Below, piece by piece: positions 29,028-39,990 of a stretch of DNA of 64,000 bases; position 1 is the first letter of the stretch; the number at the start of each line of letters is the position of its first letter. Both the position numbers and the translations under genes were made by a program. This stretch comes from Eledone cirrhosa (Eukaryota), in assembly GCA_964016885.1 (NCBI GenBank), contig OZ024740.1, forward strand, positions 374,914,001-374,978,000, read 5' to 3'. A model generated the notes under the pieces. The model was not told where the DNA came from, made no database searches, and saw nothing but the letters and a program-made list of their open reading frames with translations.

Positions 29028-32000
29028 ATGACCTCACACAGAATAGGCAGCATAAATGCGCGTGGCTTGGGGTCGTCATGAAAGCAGGGTCTCCTGCTCA
29101 ACGATCTCAGGTCACTAAACATAGATGTAGTGGCCATCAGCGAGACTAGAATCTCCGAAGCACGGGCCTTCGCACCGATCTTCGGCGGCTACGATGTGTA
29201 CGCATCTCCCAGCCGTCCTGGATCGGGGGGTGGAGTTGCTGTGCTTTTTCGGAGAGGTTTGGATCTCGCCATACGGGCCATCTTCCTGGACCCAGAGGGT
29301 AAGTTGGTGGTGCTGGACGTGACCAGCGGAGACGGGCAAGCTTTCAGACTAGTGGCCGTCTATGCCCCGACAGGAGCAGGGCGGCCTGATTTCTTCCGGC
29401 GTCTGGAGACCTTTCTTGGAGCGTCCCGCTCTTTAGTGTTAGTGGGCGACTGGAACGGGATCTTAGATGCACGCTGGGACTGTGTGGGATTAGCTGATAG
29501 GGGTGGAGGGTGCAAGAGCCTCACCAACCTGCTCATGCGTTTTGAACTGTGTGACAGGTACCGATTGGATTTCCCGAATGTGCCAATGTGGACTTGGACA
29601 AATCGCATAGTTTCATCCAGATCATATCTAGATAGAGTATTTTGTAGGGAAATAGATAGGTCTAGCATAGGCTGTCCACAATTCAAGATAGTCAGCAGTT
29701 ACACGGACCACAATTTCGTGAGCTGTGTGCTTCACTTAGATAGGCTTCATAGACGAGGACCCGACTACTGGAAGCTAAACGCGTCCTTACCAGCGCGCAA
29801 GGCCTACAGAGACCGGATTCGCGAACTAGTTAAGCGGGTGTTGACGGGGGCCATCGTCAACAACAGGTGGTGGTTTGCTCTGAAAAGAGCGATTAGAATA
29901 GAATCCATTAGGTTTAGTAAGGCTTTAGCAATAGAGAAAAATAGAGTAGAGGGACAATTAGTTAGAAAATTAGACGAGGCGCTTAGCAAAGGCATTGCGA
30001 CCGACGTGCTTGCGTCAAAATCGGCCCTTGACCAATTCTTCAATGCAAAGCACGAAGGCTGCGTTGTCAGAGCTAGGGTGCGTGCTCTCAGACACGAGGG
30101 GACGAAAGCTGTTCAATGGGCCCGAGTGGCGGAGGCGCGTCGTGGCAACACAGCCAGGATAGGTCTTTGGTGGACCACGACGGGCACATGCTACTCGATC
30201 CCGGGCAAATGTGTGAAGCTTTTCAGCGACACTTCACTCAGCTGTTCGGGGGGCAGCGGTGGGCCGGGTAGAGGGATGGACTTTAGTGTCTACCTCGACG
30301 GACTGCCGCGGCTCTCGGCCACTGAGGCGGAGTGTTGCGAAAAGCCGATAACAGCCGCTGAAGTAAGGGAGGCAATGACTGGCTGCACAAGGGGTAAATC
30401 GCCTGGTTTGGATGGTCTGCCCTATGAACTTAACGTACAGATGCCAGACTTGTTCGGAGGCCTTTTGGCGGACGCCTACTGCAACTGGCAACAGAACGGG
30501 AGAATTCCCAGTTCTGTGAGCCGAGGAGCGGTGGAACTGCTGAGAAAGGATCCGCACAAAGGGGATAACATAGATAATTTCATGCCCATAACTCTGCTAA
30601 ACACAGAGTTCAAGATTTTGGCCAAGGTGCTAGCAAAGAGGTTGGCGCTTCTCGTTGGTGGTCTGGTGGGGGAGGCGCAGACATGCGCCATTCCCGACAG
30701 ATCCATCCACGACAACCTCCACCTCATGCGATACATCGTAGAGAGGGTAGCTAGGGAACCTGGCACGGGTGGGTCCTTGATCGATTTAGATCAGTCGAAA
30801 GCTTTCGATAGGGTCGACCATCGTTACCTAGCGGCAGTCCTGAGGGCGACTGGCTTTGGGCCCGTCTTCAGAGGCTGGACGGCTGCCATGCACAGCGACA
30901 TCTGCTCTGTGGTGAGAGTGAACGTCACCTTTCAGAAAAGTTCAACATCATGCGCTCGGTCCGCCAAGGATGTCCCCTCTCGTCCCTCTTGTACGTATTG
31001 ACTCTCAAGCCATTACTGCACAAACTGGAGACGTTGAGGGGAGTCCCGCGCGAACTAGGATGCAGAAGATCCGTGTCAGCATATGCGGACGATGTCACCG
31101 TAGTGGTGTCGAACGCCAAACACATCGAGGCTATCGGCACTACACTAAGAGAATACGAAGCGGTGAGAGGAGCAATGATCAACCAGGACAAGTCAGTGGG
31201 CCTGCAGCTCGGCACCTGGAGAGACAGGTTCATGCCGTCCAACAGCGTCGTCGGACGCTGGACGGACGGACCGGTTAAATTGCTAGGGGTCTGGTTCGGT
31301 CCGGACCTCCAGACGGACAACAACTGGGACGAGGTGACGAGCAGATTGGCTTCTCTCACCCAGAAATGGGCGGAGAGGAAGCTAACCCTGAAAGGTCGAG
31401 CGGAGGTGGCTAACGCGTACATCGCGTCTGTCATCTGCTACCGCCTGACCGTCGTACCTTGTCCTAAGCCCCGCCTCACTGCGCTGGAGCGTTTGCTCTT
31501 TCGCTTTTTGTGGAAGGGACGCGCTCCGATGGTCAGGCGGTCCATCTGTTGTCAACACCCGCTACGTGGGTGGCTGGGCATGCCGTGGCTGATGATGCGC
31601 AGGCACGCGCTCAGGCTACGACATCTCCACCTATTCCTCGACGGTGATCAGGTGTGGTCCTCGTTTGCTAGACATGTATTTCCCCAGCTCGTTTCCTTGA
31701 CGGAGCTGCAGTCCTGGGTCAAGCGAAGACCGAGAGGGAGCGCCTGGAGACTGGAATGTCTTCAGGAGCTCACAGCCCTCGACCAATCGGGCAATGTGAT
31801 CGATGGAAACTCCACCTCGGCGTTCTATAGAGGATTAGTGGAGGGGAAGAGCGACGAAGTACTTGGGGAAACTCTAGGCGTCGACGAAAATCAACTAGCC
31901 AATCTCTTCGGAAGAACTTTCGGGCCAGGGCCTATGGACAACTTCCAGAAATCTCTGGCCTGACAGTGCTACCGAGGAGCCTTGACAGTTCGGGATAAAC

Positions 32001-32446
32001 TCTACAGGCATGGAGGTGCCGTCAGCCGAGCATGTCCGAGATGTGCGCAGGGCGACGAAACCTTCCTGCACGAACTCGTCCAGTGTCCGAAAATTGCTGA
32101 CTTGTGGGTTTATGTCGAACACCTGCTGTCGCGTGTAGGACGGATCCGGCTATCATATGAGTCCATCGTGAGGATTGCTCCGCCCTCCTTTAGCCGGGAA
32201 GAGCAGGCAGTTTTTATCTGTCTGGTGGCCATGGCGAAAGAGATAGTATGGTGGACACGTTTGAAAGGGTTGAAGACGAGCACTTACCTCTTCGGTGATG
32301 CCCTGATTGACTTTTTCAAATTTCATTTGAAAAGGAAAATCAGAGTAGAGATGGAAGTGCTCTCTTCCCAGCATTTTGTTGAAAGATGGGTGAGAGAAGC
32401 AAGAATGGCCCGAGTGAATGGGCCTACTCTGAGTATATATCTGTAA
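29028..32446 (+). pseudogene. ORF2 of copy D (APE + RT + C-terminal Cys/His motif)
   Basis: TGG>TGA at 29079, frameshifts, stop at 31961; KAFDRV, QGCPLS, YADD, CPRC..ET..H..C. Confidence 0.92.
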
Positions 32447-32714
32447 ATTAAAGGTGGGAAACTGGGAGAGGTCACTTGCCTTGGTTGTCAGGGTCACTGT
32501 GGCCTTTTACTGGGCTTTCTCCACAAATGTCCCTCCGAAGTCTCCCCCCTATTGGGGAATTTTTCATTGTTATTTCTTATTACATCCTCTGTTTTTGTTT
32601 TTACACGCAGAAATGCCCATTTGTACCGTACTGTATTGTCCTGCACTGTCCTTAATGTCTACTTTATGTAAACCCTTGTGGTTAATAAAGAAATCATTAT
32701 TATTATTATTATTA

Positions 32715-33963
32715 CAGTTGCATTTATCTTGCTTTATGTTCATACGAGTTATTGCCAAGTCACAACCAGTGACCTCAAGAGACAACAAGGTCCGCCATGT
32801 TCAAGAAAGAATGCATCTATAGTGTTTAGACTTGTGATGTACTTATATTGACAGAATCTTCCTTAGTATATGGGCAGTTCCAATTAGTAATATCTTTTCT
32901 ATTTCTCCTATACGCGGGTTTCCTGTGATTTGCGATAAGTAATCATTAGACCCCTTAGGTATCATTCCCAGAGCGCCTACAACCACTGGTATTGTTTTAG
33001 TTCTCAATTTTCACATTTTTCCAATTTCTATCTCCAGGTTGCTCAATTTTTCAAATGTTTTTATAGATACATTCTTGTCTATTGGAACGGACATATCAAT
33101 TAGCAGGCATACCCTCTTGTTAAAGTCCTTCAATATTATATCAGGTCTATTTGCATCTATTTTTCGGTCTGTTTGGATGCTAAAGTTCCACAAGATTGAG
33201 ATGTGATCTTTTTCAAGTATGGGAGGTGATTGATGCTCCCACCAATTCTTTTGATGGGGCAGGTCAAAATGCTTACACATTATCCAATGTATGTATTGTG
33301 CAGTTCTGTCATGCCTGTTTAGGTATTCGGTTGGAGCTATAGGACTGCACATTGAAATTATATGGTCAATGGTCTCTGGTTGTTTTTTGCATACACGGCA
33401 TAATGGGCTGCATCCATTTTTTATTATGTTGGCTTGGTAATCTTTCGTTGGCAGACACTGATCTTGTGCTAATATAATCAGTCCTTCAGTCTCCGATTTC
33501 AGTGCAGAGGATGCCAACCACTGATGGGTTAAAGTTTTGTCAACATCAGGATTGTTAGCTCGCTCTGGGTATTTTCCATACAGAGGCTTTTCTTGCCATT
33601 TCTTAGCCAGTTTCTGTAGCAGTTCTTTCTTTGCAGTTACTTTTACCTGCTTTGCTTTTTCTGTGTTTTCCATTTCAGCAGTAAATGGGACTTCTGAAAT
33701 TTGTAGTCCATTACTGTATCTTTGTGCATTTTTTTGTAATGGAATATGATCTTTTGATGCTTTCGTGTTTCAAAACGAGTTTGATCATCCAATCATGTGA
33801 TTCCCTTAGATATGTAGATAATCCAATTGTTGCAGTTTTCAACGCAATGTCTAACTGGATTAACCCACATCCTCCTTCTTTCCTAGGGAGATATATTCTA
33901 TCTGTATCTGCCTTAGGGTGATGAATTTTGTGCATGGTTAAGAGTTTTCGAATTTTTTTATCG
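32715..33963 (-). mobile_element. R4/Dong-like RLE non-LTR retrotransposon, family 2, 5'-truncated; (TAA)n on both sides
   Basis: HHPKADTDRIYLPRKEGG, ETEG..AQDQ, CRVC..ETIDHIISMC, RHD, RPDII..IDMSVP, LLIGTAHILRKILS; coding ~32843-33963 with frameshifts. Confidence 0.88.
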
Positions 33964-34206
33964 TTATTATTATTATTATTATTATTATTATTGAATGCCA
34001 TGGTTGACGGAGACTCGGCTCTGTAAGGTATAGTAATTTTTAACCGTTAAAACTATTGTAAATTGTTTAAAACTTGAACCAAATTGTTGATAAAGACACC
34101 CTCCTCCTCGTGAGAGGGGTCTTTCTGTCCGTTATTTGGCCCTTCGGGGTTAAATAACCAGTTATTGGGGTTTTGTACCCAATATTCATTTTAAACAAAA
34201 AACAAC

Positions 34207-36302
34207 ATGGCTACGAAAATGAAATTTCATACGTCACTCCCACTCATTCCGTCTTCTTCTTCCTCAATCATCACTACACCAGAGAGAAGATTGTCTCTCT
34301 CCCTCCCTTCTTTAAATGTGTCTCTCTCCCTCCCTTCTCTTTCGCAAGTGACGAAAGAAAAGAAAAGTCTCGTGCAAAGCGTGCAAGGTTTCTCCACAAC
34401 GACGACGACAGCGACGAAACAGGTGTGCGGGAAATACAAAAACCCAGTTCATTCGTCTGACGTCAGGAATAATAGCAGTAGCAGCCGTAATAACAACAGC
34501 AACAGTGACAATGAAAACAACAGTAGCAGCCGCAACAGCATCACCAGCAGCATAAACAACAACAGCATTAGCAGCAGCAACACCAACAATAACCACAGCA
34601 ACAGCGGCGGAGGAAGTAGTCGTAGTACCTGCAGCAACAACAAAAGTACCAGCAGCTCTGACGACAACAACAACAGCAGAGAAAAACCAATCTCATTTGC
34701 AGGTATTGCGAAAAACTTGGAAACAATCCTCATAACAAATGAGGAATTAGAGGAAGCGAAGAAGATGGTGACAAAGAACGGACACCGAGCAATCTGCAAG
34801 GCAGCGAAAAATTTTTTCGAAACCCAAGAGCACTGTACGGTCACGTACCGTACAGTAAGTACAAAATCCCGTAGGGTGGAAAGAGCCACAGAGGCCCAAA
34901 TACAAAAAGCCTTGGGGTCTGTGTGGCAGCGGAAAACGCACATCACCCGAGGTAAAAAATATGCCACCGTAGACGTACTTTTTGCCACACCCCAGGAGGC
35001 AAAGGCCCAATCAGTAGTGACCCTAAGGAGCGAGGAAATGGTGTTGGTGCCCTCCTACTGCGGGCAAAAAATTGTGAGGGTTAAACTGACCCACGTACCC
35101 CCCGGAATGACCCCTTCTTGGCTGGCCGCGTCTGTCCTCGTCGGAATCGAGGACAAAACAACTGTACTGCAAGTACAGAAAAAAGTAAGAGAAGATTGGT
35201 TCGGCTCCTCCATTGAGATGCTAATCCAAACCAACCAGGAGTGCATCGAAGCTATCCCGGATGTGATAGACTTCGATAACGGCACTCAACTGCCCATAAG
35301 TGTTGAGGGCAAACGCCCGAAATGCTTTCGCTGTGGATCGAAGACTCACCTCAGGGCCTTCTGCAACGAGAAGACCCTGAGAAAGGAGAAAACCCCCCTC
35401 CTTCCGAATCCGGCTCCACGGCTACCAGCAACAGGACAAGCGGCAACCAGGAACGATAGGCCCGTGGCACCCATACCCACTCCACGGAAATCAAAAACAG
35501 CAGCAGCAGTGGAAATACTAACAACAACAACTGCAATACCAAATACAGCTGCAACAGAGACTCCAGTGCAAACATCACCAACAACAACAAGTGAAAGAGT
35601 GGAGCTCGTACCCCTACCCGACCTCACAGAATCAGACATGGAGTGTGAGGTGGGAGAGGGATGGCAAAAGGTCGTAAGAAGGCACAAACGCAGAAGCAGC
35701 GCATCGTCGCCTTTGAAAAGGGAGGAAAGAAATGAGAAAAGGGTAAAGTCTACTGCAAAGAGACCCACAGCAGCAACAACACCAACACCATCACCACCCA
35801 CACTAGCACCACCATCACCACCGGCGACAACCCCACCGCCAACAACACCTTCAACACCACCACCACAAGCACCAACATCGCAAACACAACAACAAAACAC
35901 ACACACCCAGCAACAACGACAAGAAAATAGCAGAACCACACCCCACCCCCAGAAAAACAAATGCACGGCAATAAATACACACAACAAGAACCTAATGACT
36001 TACATAATTGAACACACAGACATTTCACAACAGGACTACATAATACCAGCACCAATCAAAACGCAACTAACATAAGACTGCTAAAAATAGCACAGAAACA
36101 ATACACAAATATTAAAACGAAATTCCCCAACGCAGTTGGTGATTTCAGGGACCTAGGAGGAACCATCAATCGAAGAGTATACTCAGACATTCTCTTAGAA
36201 GAGCCGACGACCAGCCGAAGGGACGATTCAACGGTCCCTTCACCAGACGATCAAGTGAAAAGGGATGTAAAAACCATCCCTCCTCTACCAAAAGTACGGT
36301 AA
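34207..36302 (+). pseudogene. ORF1 of copy E (gag-like, CCHC); 1-bp deletion near 36064
   Basis: 622 aa open. Restoring one C (ACGCCAAC as in copy D) extends the frame to TAA at 36300-36302. Confidence 0.9.
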
Positions 36303-36337
36303 GTGGTCTTTCCCATCTTTTCCACTCTATTTTAAAC

Positions 36338-39300
36338 ATGACCTCACTCAGAATAGGCAGCATAAATGCGCGTGGCTTGGGGTCGTCATGGAAGCAGGGT
36401 CACCTGCTCAACGACCTCAGGTCACTAAACATAGATGTAGTGGCCATCAGCGAGACCAGAATCTCCGAAGCACGGGCCTTCGCACCGATCTTCGGCGGCT
36501 ACGATGTGTACGCATCTCCCAGCCGTCCTGGATCCGGTGGAGGAGTTGCTGTGCTTTTTCGGAGAGGTTTGGATCGCGCCATACGGGCCATCTTCCTGGA
36601 CCCAGAGGGTAAGCTGGTAGTGCTGGACGTGACCAGCGGAGACGGGCAAGCTTTCAGGCTAGTGGCCGTCTATGCCCCGACAGGAGCGGGGCGGCCTGAT
36701 TTCTTCCGGCGTCTGGAGACCTTTCTTGGAACGTTCCGCTCTTTAGTGTTAGTGGGCGACTGGAACGGGATCTTAGATGCACGCTGGGACTGTGTGGGAT
36801 TAGCGGATAGGGGTGGAGGGTGCAAGAGCCTCACCAACCTGCTCAGGCGTTTTGAACTGTCTGACAGTCACCGATTGGATTTCCCGAATGTGCCAATGTG
36901 GACTTGGACAAACCTCATAGGGTCATCCAGATCATATCTAGATAGAGTATTTTGTAGGGAAATAGATAGGTCTAGCATAGGCTGTCCACAATTCAAGATA
37001 GTCAGCTACACGGACCACAAATACGTGATCTGTGTGCTTGACTTAGATAGGCTTCATAGACGAGGACCCGGCTACTGGAAGCTAAACGCGTGCTTACCAG
37101 CGCGCAAGGCCTACAGAGACCGGATTAGCGAACTAGTTAAGCGGGCGTTGACGGGGGCCATCGTCAACAACAAGTGGTGGTTTGCTCTGAAAAGAGCGAT
37201 TAGAATAGAATCGATTAGGTTTAGTAAGGCTTTAGCAATAGAGAAAAATAGAGCAGAGGGAGAACTAGTTAGAAAATTAGACGAGGCGCTTAGCAAAGGC
37301 ATTGCGACCGACGTGCTTGCGGTGAAATTGGCCCTTGACCAATTCTTCAATGCAAAGCACGAAGGCTGCGTTGTCAGAGAAAGGGTGCGTGCTCTCAGAC
37401 ACGAGGGGACGAAAGCCGTTCAATGGGCCCGAGTGGCGGAGGCGCGTCGTGGCAACAAAGCCACGATCCGGTCTTTGGTGGACCACGACGGGCGCATGCT
37501 ACTCGATCCCGGGCAAATGTGTGAAGCTTTTCAGCGACACTTCGCTCAGCTGTTCGAGGGAAGCGGTGGGCCGGGTAGAGGGATGGACTTTAGTGTCTAC
37601 CTCGACGGACTGCCGCGGCTCTCGGCCACTGAGGCGAAGTGTTGCGAAAAGCCGATAACAGCCGCTGAAGTAAGGGAGGCAATGACTGGCTGCACAAGGG
37701 GTAAATCGCCTGGTTTGGATGGTCTGCCCTATGAACTTTACGTACAGATGCCAGACTTGTTCGGAGGCCTCTTGGCAGACGTCTACTGCAACTGGCAACA
37801 GAACGGGAGAATTCCCAGTTCTGTGAGCCGAGGAGCGGTGGCACTGCTGAGAAAGGATCCGAACAAGGGGGATAACATAGAAAATTTCCGGCCCATAACT
37901 CTGCTAAACACAGAGTTTAAGATTTTGGCCAAGGAGCTAGCAAAGAGGTTGGCGCTTCTCGTTGGTGGTCTGGTGGGAGAGGCGCAGACATGCGCCATTC
38001 CCGACAGATCCATCCACGACAACCTCCACATCATGCGATACATCGTAGAGAGGGTAGCTAGGGAACCTGGCACGGGTGGGTCCTTGATCAATTTAGATCA
38101 GTCGAAAGCTATCGATAGGGTCGACCATCATTACCTAGCGGCAGTCCTGAGGGCGGCTGGCTTTGGGCCCGTCTTCAGAGGCTGGATCGCTGCCATGCAC
38201 AGCGACATCTGCTCTGTGGTGAGAGTGAACGGTCACCTGTCGGAAAAGTTCAACATCATGCGCACGGTCCGCCAAGGATGTCCCCTCTCGTCCCTCTTGT
38301 ACGTATTGAGCCATTACTGCACAAACTGGAGACGTTGAGGGGAGTCCCGCGCGAACTAGGATGCGGAAGATCCGTGTCAGCATATGCGGACGATGTCACC
38401 GTAGTGGTGTCGAACGCCAAACACATCGAGGCTATCGGCACTACACTAAGAGAATACGAAGCGGTGACAGGAGCAATGATCAACCAGGAAAAGTCAGTGG
38501 GCCTGCAGCTCGGCACCTGGAGAGGCAGGTCCATGCCGTCCAACAGCGTCGTCGGACGCTGGACGGACGGACCGGTTAAATTGCTAGGGGTCTGGTTCGG
38601 GCAGGGTGGCTTCTCTCACCCAGAAATGGGCGGAGAGGAAGCTATCCCTGAAAGGTCGAGCGGAGGTGGCTAACGCGTACATCGCGTCTGTCATCTGCTA
38701 CCGTCTGACCGTCGTACCTTGTCCTAAGCCTCGCCTGACTGCGCTGGAGCGTTTGCTCTTTCGCTTTTTGTGGAAGGGACGTGCTCCGATGGTCAGGCGG
38801 TCCATCTGTTGTCAACACCCGCTACGTGGAGGGCTGGGCATGCCGTGGCTGATGATGTGCAGGCACGCGCTCAGGCTACGACATCTCCACCTCTTCCTCG
38901 ACGGTGATCAGGTGTGGTCGCCGTTTGCTAGGCGCGTATTTCCCCAGCTCGTTTCCTTGACGGAGCTGCAGTCCTGGGTCAAGCGAAAACCGAGAGGGAG
39001 CGCCTGGAGACTGGAATGTCTTCAGGCGCTCACAGCCCTCGACCAATCGGGCAATGTGATCGGTGGAAACTCCACCTCGGCATTCTATAGAGGATTAGTG
39101 GAGGGTAAGAGCGACGACGTACTTGGGGAAACTCTAGGCGTCGACGAAAATCAACTAGCCAATCTCTTCGGAAGAACTTTCGGGCCGGGGCCTATGGACA
39201 ACTTCCAGAAATCTCTGGCCTGGCAGTGCTACCGAGGAGCCTTGCCAGTTCGGGATAAACTCTACAGGCATGGAGGTGCCGTCAGCCGGGCATGTCCGAG

Positions 39301-39709
39301 ATGCGCGCAGGGCGACGAAACCGTCCTGCACGCACTCGTCCAGTGTCCGAAAATTGCTGACTTGTGGGTTTATGTCGAACACCTGCTGTCGCGTTTAGGA
39401 CGGATCCAGCTATCATCTGAGTCCATCGTGAGGATTGCCCCGCCCTCATCCTTTAGCCGGGAAGGGCAGGCAGTTTTTATCTGTCTGGTGGCCATGGCGA
39501 AAGAGATAGTATGGTGTACACGTTTGAAAGGGCTGAAGACGAGCACTTACCTCTTCGGTGATGCTCTGATTGACTTTTTCAAATTTCACTTGAAAAGGAA
39601 AATCGGAGTAGAGATGGAAGTGCTCTCTTCCCAGCATTTTGTTGAAAGATGGGTGAGAGAAGCAAGAATAGCCCGAGTGAATGGGCCTACTCTGAGTATA
39701 TATCTGTAA
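36338..39709 (+). pseudogene. ORF2 of copy E (APE-RT), broken by a 7-bp and a 41-bp deletion
   Basis: ORFs 36338-38338, 38278-38673 and 38606-39709 tile one APE-RT protein; deletions at ~38309 and ~38600 relative to copy D. Confidence 0.93.
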
Positions 39710-39957
39710 ATTAAAGGTGGAAAACTGGGAGAGGGCACTTGCCTTGGTGGTCAGGGTCATTGTGGCTTTTTACTGGGCTTTGTCCACAAATGTCCCTCCG
39801 AAGTCTGCCCCCTATTGGGGAATTTTTCATTGTTATTTTTTGTTACATCCTCTGTTTTTGTTTTTTACACGCAGAAATGCCCATTTGTACCGTCCTGCAT
39901 TGTCCTGCACTATCCTTAATGTCTACTTTATGTAAACCCTTGTGGTTAATAAAGAAA

Positions 39958-39989
<32 letters not shown>

Positions 39990-39990
<1 letters not shown>

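Larger units (their letters stand above)
26662..32714 (+). mobile_element. Tx1 copy D, full-length, disrupted
   Basis: 5' GAATGC after (ATT)n; ORF1, ORF2, 3' UTR and (ATT)n tail at 32696-32714. Confidence 0.95.
33993..39989 (+). mobile_element. Tx1 copy E, full-length, least degraded
   Basis: (ATT)n at 33964-33992 upstream and 39960-39989 downstream; both ORFs present with three small indels. Confidence 0.95.

Noticed and set aside
27699-29081. Apparent in-frame ORF1-ORF2 fusion in copy D
   Set aside because: Caused by a private extra A at ~28960; copies B and E end ORF1 at a TAA 35 nt before the ORF2 ATG.
34095-34165. HDV-like ribozyme suggested by CCTCCTCGTG in the Tx1 leader
   Set aside because: No compatible P1, P1.1 GG or J4/2, and the motif is mutated in copies B and D.
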